DNA of 62,664 bases, counting the filler. It is 6 parts of 6 records of this genome, joined end to end, with 100 filler letters (N's around TTAATTAATTAA, not from the genome) between each part and the next. Parts side by side here need not be neighbours in the genome. Positions count along the whole stretch, not along the records: positions 56,772 to 62,664 come from DRR723986_15345; 5 more parts are not named here. One strand, 5' to 3'. The notes beneath the pieces are model-generated. The model was not told the DNA's origin. It made no database searches and saw nothing but the letters and a program-made list of their open reading frames with translations. Position numbers and translations under genes: made by a program. This document shows, one piece after another, positions 56,774 to 62,664 of the stretch. Positions within the stretch are counted from its first letter, which is position 1. Each line of letters opens with the position of its first letter.

Positions 56774-59700
56774 GGTCCTGCCGCAACCAACGAGGGTGAG
56801 GTCTATCGACTGTCGCTGGGGGAGATCGACGATCCGGGCAACGATCCGATCCAGGGCATTCAAGTCAACTGGGGAGATGGCGAGACGATCGTGTATCCAT
56901 CCCCAGGAATTGTCGAACACACTTTTGCGAACGGCACCGCCTCAGCCAACATACAAGTTGCGGTGGTGAATGAGTTCGGCGACGTGCAGCCAATCGCGAC
57001 GGTGCCCGTTGCAATCCGCAATGTAGCACCAGTCATCGAGGGATTTTCGATTCCAGCCGGCTTGGCTGAGGGCGATATCGCTGACTTCAGCGCGACGGCG
57101 ACGGACCCTGGTGGAGATCCGTTGACTTACACTTGGGATTTTGGCGATGGAACATCGGCCATTAGCGGTCTGGACTTAACCGCTCCCTCGCATAACTACG
57201 CCGACGATGGTGTCTACGTTGTACAACTGACGGTTAGCGACGACGAGGGACTCGTGAACGCTCGGCAAGGCGTGGTAACAATCTCCAACGTAGCGCCCTC
57301 GGTCTCAATTACTGGCCCAGCCACGACAAGCGAAGGCGCGACCTATGAGCTTGAACTTACGGAATTAGTTGATCCTGGAGTAGACTCCGTCTCCGAAGTG
57401 CTTGTTGACTGGGGTGACGGCAGTATTCAAACCTATACGAGCTTTGACGCCGTAACGCACGCGTATTCCGAGGGACCACTCGACGCAACGATTCAGGTGA
57501 CCCTGCGAGACGAAGATGGCTTCCACCCACTGTTACAGACGGTCAGTGTTTCGGTCGAAAATGCGGCTCCAACAATCAGCGACATAGTCGGCGACTTGTC
57601 AGGACGCGAGGGCGACGCACTCACTTTCTCCGCATCTGTTTCGGATCCAGGCGGGCCCTTCGATGTGCTCACCTATGCCTGGGATTGGGGGGATGATTCG
57701 CCGCTTGAGTCGGGCATCGATCTCTCCAGCGCAAGTCACATTTTCGCAGATGACGGCAACTACAGTGCTGAACTTAGGGTCACCGATGATGAAGGGGCGT
57801 CGTCTACGTTTGCGTTTACCGTGGAAGTCCTCAATCAGTCGCCCACTGTGACGCTATCCGGTGTCCCGGTAACAAATGAAGGGGATGTCTATTCATTTAC
57901 ACTTGGACCTATTTCAGACCCTGGCATGGATAGCGTTTCGCAATTCGAAGTGAGCTGGGGAGACGGCAGTGAAGTTACATTCTCAGTCGGCGAAACACCA
58001 AGTCACGTCTACACCGACGATATTGCGGGGAACGTGGTTAGCGTTAACCTGATCGACGAAGATGGTCGGCATACGGGCGTTGCGGACTTAACGGTCGATG
58101 TTCGCAATCGAGCACCCCAAATTGTTACGTTGAACGGCGATCAAAATGGCCCTGAAGGACAATCCTTCGGCTTTGTCGCAGTGGCCACGGATGCGGGCAT
58201 CGACGACATACCACTCGACTACACCTGGGATTTCGGAGATGGCAACACCCAAGCAGGTTCTGGACTCACGAGTGTAAGCCACACCTTTACCGACAATGGA
58301 CAGTACCTGGTCGCGCTGACGGTGTCCGATAACGATGGTGGTGAGCAACTGCGCCAATTGTTAGTGACGGTAGAAAACGTGGTTCCGATTGTCACCGCGA
58401 CGCTCCCACCTAGGATCACTGAAGGCACCCCGTTTGAATTGACGGTTGATACTGTTGTGGATCCAGGTGACGATTCAATCTCAGATTGGCTAATCGATTG
58501 GGGTGACGGAACTTTGGAGCCTTTTGCCGTCGGTTCACAGATTGATCACGTCTATGCGAACGGCAATGCAAAATATGACATAGAGATTAATGCTCGGGAC
58601 GAAGATGGCTTTCATAACTTCGTAGGTGGGATAACCGCAACGGTCGAAAATGCGGCCCCCTCGTTGACATCGCTTAGTGAAGCTTTGATAGTCTTGCCCG
58701 AAGGTGGTGTAGCTGAAATCGCTGCAGTCTTTTCCGATTTGGGGATTCTTGACTCTCACTCAGTGGAGATTGACTGGGGAGACGGCGAGACAACGACCAT
58801 TTCGAACGCGGTTTTGGATTTACCCTTTGCTGAATTACATACGTACGATGTTGCTGGTATCTATACGGGGCAGATAGCGGTCACCGATTCTGATGGTGCA
58901 ACGACTGGAGCTTCGGTAACAGTTGATGTCCGTCCTCAAGTGGTGTTTGCACTCAGCGAAAACGGCTACGAGACCGGGAGTCGCCCTCTGGAGTTTGAAG
59001 CTTCTATCTCCCGTCCTTTGACTGAGGATGTTGTGCTTAGTTATTCTCTAGGTGGAACGGCAACAGCGGGTGATGACTACGTTCCGCCAACCGTTTTTGA
59101 ACTTCTCATTCCGGCCGGTCAATCGCGTGGTTTGCTCTCAATTCCAGTGACTAATGATCTACAGGTGGAGAACCTGGAGAGTGTTGTGGCTTCCGTTATG
59201 TCCATAGCAGACGCACCGGAAGGCGTGACTCTTGGCTCGTCGACAACTGCCATTGGAATCATTTGGGACAATGACCCTGACTTAGACCTTGATGGTGTGT
59301 CAGCATCAACCGAAGACCTTGCTTCGAATGATGGTGACGGAAATGCAGACGGGGTTCCAGACAAGGAACAACCGCATGTGGTAAGTCTTCCGAACGCGGT
59401 AGATTCACAATTTGTGACGCTCGTCGGGCCGGATGGCACGCAGTTCGAGAATGTCTTCTCAAGCAACACGGTTCCAAAGGGCGCGCCGCAGGGCGTTGAA
59501 TTCCCCTTGGGAGTTTTTTCGTTCGATCTTTCAGGCGTTACGACTGGCGGAGCCGCGCAAGTAAGTCAGGTTCTCCCTGCCCAATACACACCAACATCCT
59601 TCTACAAGTTTGGTCCTACACCTGATGATCCTAACCCCCACTGGTACGATTTCAGCTTCGATGAAGCTAGCGGAACGGGAGCCCAATTCAGTGGCAATAC

Positions 59701-62455
59701 CTTGATCCTGCATTTCGTTGATGGCCAACGAGGCGACAACGACTTGCTCGCCAATGGGATCATTTCCGATCCCGGAGCCGTTGCTGTGCCAAGAAACAGC
59801 AGCGGTAGACTTTTGCCAGGTGGTCCTTACATAGTTGCACAAGGTGAGACGGTCGACTTGTCTCCTATTTTTGTAGATGAAGCTGGATTGCCACTCACCG
59901 ATTGGGAATGGGATATCGACTACGACGGGCGTACCTTTGCGGCGGACCTAATCGGACAGCAGCCAAGGTTCGAAACTAGTGGAGCTGGCCTACGGACGCT
60001 GGCGGTTCGAGCACAAGATGAGGATGGCAACCAATACCTGGGCACAACTTCGTTGACGGTTCTGAACTTGCCTCCAGTTGCAAATGATGACTTTTCGTCG
60101 ACCAGTGAAAACGCAGTCGCTGAAATTGACTTGCTCCTGAACGACCGAGATCCTGGGGCAGATGGCCTCAACATCAGAGAGAATTCGCTGCGATTAGTAT
60201 CGGCGACCGTAGCTGGCCAACCAGTCTCTTTGACAACTTCTTCATGGTCTGTTTCGGCGGAGATTCTGACATTTGATCCTGGCACCGATTTTGATTTCCT
60301 CTCAAGCATTCAAAGAGCAACCTTGGATTTCGAGTACTCAATTGAAGATGACTCGGAAGTTCCGATGAGCGACACGGCAAATGTAACTTTGGAGGTGCTT
60401 GGAGAGAACGATACTCCATCAATGACTCCAGGAAACCCAATCTTGGTAGATGATGCTGCGACGTTCCAAACTTTCTCGGTACGTGATTTCATCGGCACTT
60501 CTTCTCGCGTGGGTTCGCCAAGCCTCAGTTCAGATTTAGATGCAGACGATGATCAAGGGATAATGCTCTACGCAACTAATGGAATCGCGAATCTCAGAGT
60601 TTCGTTGGATGAGGGGCAGACTTTTGAGCCAGTCGACCTATTCGCACTTTCTCTGAACGCCGCGATGCTTTTACCGTCTGATGCTGTGTTGGCGGCCGAG
60701 TTCGACTCGGTCAGTGTGGGTGAACTCACTTATCTGCCATGGGACGGCAGTTTCGGTGGCGTTCTGCAACTCGTTGACGCGGAACTCCTGCAGGGCGTTG
60801 GACAGCTACAAAACGAACCTGGGAACCTGCGCCTGATTGCAGTGGAAAGTTCCTTTCCTAACACGATACGAGAAGGAACTGACTTCTTCGCAACGGTCAT
60901 GACATCTCCAGGAGCGACTGCCTTCCTGACAAGCTTTGCTACGCATTGGAGCGAGAATAAAACCACTAGTGTGACCGCCGGAGAGGAGTTCGTTTACCAA
61001 TATCCCGACGGACCATTAGATGTTAGTGTCACACCTTCAGCCACGGATGCCACGGGAGTAGTGTGGCCTTTGGATTCGCTCGACATTTATATCGAGAACG
61101 TTGCTCCAACGTTTACAGTGATTCAATCTAGCGCTCCCAATGCGGAGGAGCCCTCACACGACGGTTGGGTCGAGGTCGCTGGTAGCTTTGCAGACCTGGG
61201 GACATTGGATACACACGATGTCGTTGTCGACTGGGGAGATGGCACAACGAGTTCCGCGTCCGTGGAGTCAGAAGGTAGAACTTTCGAAGCAACACATGAG
61301 TACTCTTCTGGGGGATTCTTTGAAATCCTAGTTACGCTCACCGACAAGGATGGTGGTGTAGTGACGGACTCAACAACGGCTGCGGTCCAAGGCGTCGGCT
61401 TGGTGGGTGATGTCTTGTGGATTGTTGGTACCGACGAAAAAGACAAGGTGAAGATCGATCGAAAGAATCGAGGTGGTCGCCATAATCGCGAAGACTACCT
61501 GGGTGTCGATGCTCGTCTGGATGATGAGCGATTGGAGTTGGAATTCGAAGCTGGCATCATCTCTAGCATCCACATCGTTAGTCTTGGTGGCGAAGACAAG
61601 ATCGATATCAAGAGAGACGTCGAACTACCAATCGCGATCGATGCTGGCGCTGGTGACGATAAGATCGATGTCGATAGTGGGATCGTGACCATTTACGCAG
61701 GATCTGGCGATGACAAAGTCGATACCGCACATGGAGATGACTTCGTCGATGGTGGGCCGGGCAACGATCGCATTGAGACCGGGGACGGAAACGACACGAT
61801 TATCGATCTCTATGGAGACAACCGCGTCGTAGCCGGGAAGGGCGATGACACGATAACGACGGGCGACGGCAATGATCGCGTTGACGCCGAGCTTGGTGAC
61901 GATCGAGTTGTTACGGGCGCTGGCGACGACCGAGTTGACCTGGGACGTGGCGATGACATTGCCTGGCTTGGTGCTGGCCATGATCGGGCAGAAGGAGATG
62001 ACGGTGATGATGTGATCTTCGGCGAAGCGGGAAACGATCGGATTGATGGAGGTCGTGGAAGCGACATCATTGTTGGCGGTGAAGGAGATGACCGTATCGA
62101 CGGTGATCGCGGACGTGATGTACTGATAGGCGGATTCGGGGTGGACCGAATGAATGGTGGTCGCGACGATGATCTGCTGATTGCAGGATGGACGACGTAC
62201 GACGACAACGTCCAAGCACTCCAACGAGTCTTGGTGGAATGGAATAGCGAGCAGGATTACGACGCTCGAGTCCAGAACCTGCGCACCGGTGAAGGAGCTA
62301 ATCTAGACGGTACTCGCTTGGTCGTAGGCGAGACGGTATTCGATGATGCTGCGGAGGATCGTCTTGACGGAGAAAGCGGCCGGGACTGGTTCTTTGGTGC
62401 TCTGGAGGACGAGATCAAACGCCGGAAATCGAACGAGTTGCTCGATTTGCTCTAG
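56774..62455 (+). CDS. Giant acidic surface protein/adhesin (5' end cut by the contig start): PKD repeats, Calx-beta-like, choice-of-anchor U-like and cadherin-like domains, RTX Ca-binding repeats
   Basis: Frame is open from the contig start; repeated WDFGDG/DWGDG; GTATAGDDY; DGNADGVPD.EQ...YKFGPTP...HWYDF...DGQRGD.D..ANG.I.DPG; PVANDD; GGxGxD nonapeptides; planctomycete-like tail GRDWFF. Confidence 0.88.
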   Translation, partial: GPAATNEGEVYRLSLGEIDDPGNDPIQGIQVNWGDGETIVYPSPGIVEHTFANGTASANIQVAVVNEFGDVQPIATVPVAIRNVAPVIEGFSIPAGLAEGDIADFSATATDPGGDPLTYTWDFGDGTSAISGLDLTAPSHNYADDGVYVVQLTVSDDEGLVNARQGVVTISNVAPSVSITGPATTSEGATYELELTELVDPGVDSVSEVLVDWGDGSIQTYTSFDAVTHAYSEGPLDATIQVTLRDEDGFHPLLQTVSVSVENAAPTISDIVGDLSGREGDALTFSASVSDPGGPFDVLTYAWDWGDDSPLESGIDLSSASHIFADDGNYSAELRVTDDEGASSTFAFTVEVLNQSPTVTLSGVPVTNEGDVYSFTLGPISDPGMDSVSQFEVSWGDGSEVTFSVGETPSHVYTDDIAGNVVSVNLIDEDGRHTGVADLTVDVRNRAPQIVTLNGDQNGPEGQSFGFVAVATDAGIDDIPLDYTWDFGDGNTQAGSGLTSVSHTFTDNGQYLVALTVSDNDGGEQLRQLLVTVENVVPIVTATLPPRITEGTPFELTVDTVVDPGDDSISDWLIDWGDGTLEPFAVGSQIDHVYANGNAKYDIEINARDEDGFHNFVGGITATVENAAPSLTSLSEALIVLPEGGVAEIAAVFSDLGILDSHSVEIDWGDGETTTISNAVLDLPFAELHTYDVAGIYTGQIAVTDSDGATTGASVTVDVRPQVVFALSENGYETGSRPLEFEASISRPLTEDVVLSYSLGGTATAGDDYVPPTVFELLIPAGQSRGLLSIPVTNDLQVENLESVVASVMSIADAPEGVTLGSSTTAIGIIWDNDPDLDLDGVSASTEDLASNDGDGNADGVPDKEQPHVVSLPNAVDSQFVTLVGPDGTQFENVFSSNTVPKGAPQGVEFPLGVFSFDLSGVTTGGAAQVSQVLPAQYTPTSFYKFGPTPDDPNPHWYDFSFDEASGTGAQFSGNTLILHFVDGQRGDNDLLANGIISDPGAVAVPRNSSGRLLPGGPYIVAQGETVDLSPIFVDEAGLPLTDWEWDIDYDGRTFAADLIGQQPRFETSGAGLRTLAVRAQDEDGNQYLGTTSLTVLNLPPVANDDFSSTSENAVAEIDLLLNDRDPGADGLNIRENSLRLVSATVAGQPVSLTTSSWSVSAEILTFDPGTDFDFLSSIQRATLDFEYSIEDDSEVPMSDTANVTLEVLGENDTPSMTPGNPILVDDAATFQTFSVRDFIGTSSRVGSPSLSSDLDADDDQGIMLYATNGIANLRVSLDEGQTFEPVDLFALSLNAAMLLPSDAVLAAEFDSVSVGELTYLPWDGSFGGVLQLVDAELLQGVGQLQNEPGNLRLIAVESSFPNTIREGTDFFATVMTSPGATAFLTSFATHWSENKTTSVTAGEEFVYQYPDGPLDVSVTPSATDATGVVWPLDSLDIYIENVAPTFTVIQSSAPNAEEPSHDGWVEVAGSFADLGTLDTHDVVVDWGDGTTSSASVESEGRTFEATHEYSSGGFFEILVTLTDKDGGVVTDSTTAAVQGVGLVGDVLWIVGTDEKDKVKIDRKNRGGRHNREDYLGVDARLDDERLELEFEAGIISSIHIVSLGGEDKIDIKRDVELPIAIDAGAGDDKIDVDSGIVTIYAGSGDDKVDTAHGDDFVDGGPGNDRIETGDGNDTIIDLYGDNRVVAGKGDDTITTGDGNDRVDAELGDDRVVTGAGDDRVDLGRGDDIAWLGAGHDRAEGDDGDDVIFGEAGNDRIDGGRGSDIIVGGEGDDRIDGDRGRDVLIGGFGVDRMNGGRDDDLLIAGWTTYDDNVQALQRVLVEWNSEQDYDARVQNLRTGEGANLDGTRLVVGETVFDDAAEDRLDGESGRDWFFGALEDEIKRRKSNELLDLL

Positions 62456-62664
62456 GTCACACTTCCCAGTTAACGCCAGCGAAATCAGTGACGAATCAGT
62501 GATCTCGTTGCCAACTCTTAGGCAACGCTGATACAATCCAGAGGCAATACGAAATCTCAGCAAGTTGTTAGCACAGAAGGACATGCAACGCGTTTTCACC
62601 ACAGATGAACCACTAGTGCAACGACCTGTTTCCAGCTTCAGGTCCTAGTGTCTTTAATTAGACG

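Overview
This window is not one locus. It is six assembled contigs joined by artificial 100-nt linkers (44 N + TTAATTAATTAA + 44 N), apparently from several organisms. Contig 1 (1-30680) is planctomycete-like (DUF1559 and PQQ-type beta-propeller proteins, PEP-CTERM). It holds signalling genes (soluble MCP, degenerate FHA-EAL), secreted hydrolases and a ~14 kb His/Cys-rich metal-handling island (16491-30151). The most striking feature is in that island: two separate DUF1559 (prepilin-like) operons are each headed by a small exported His/Cys-rich ORF with a CxxC motif 42-44 residues before a C-terminal RGPP, followed by a 350-380 nt structured spacer. This is the layout of DUF2946/CruR/CutF-type metal-responsive ribosome-arrest leaders, here placed in front of DUF1559 operons. 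An RcnA-like transporter, an AztD-like propeller, a His-rich PEP-CTERM protein and a prepilin peptidase lacking its catalytic Asp motifs lie in the same island. Contig 2 (alphaproteobacterial): galB fragment, double-HTH GalR-like LysR, TRAP transporter, glycerate kinase. Contig 3 (Rhodobacteraceae-like housekeeping): gshA, GcvT-family oxidoreductase, Hsp20 with a ROSE-like hairpin, purE, purK, dtd, hisS. Contig 4: nadE, two MORN proteins, a lower-GC putative nuclease, FeS-type photolyase/cryptochrome, SDR. Contig 5: desaturase, class II aldolase, LysR, GFA, atypical P450, tdk, palindromic repeats. Contig 6: a giant PKD/RTX surface protein. All calls come from motif recognition by eye; no database search was run.
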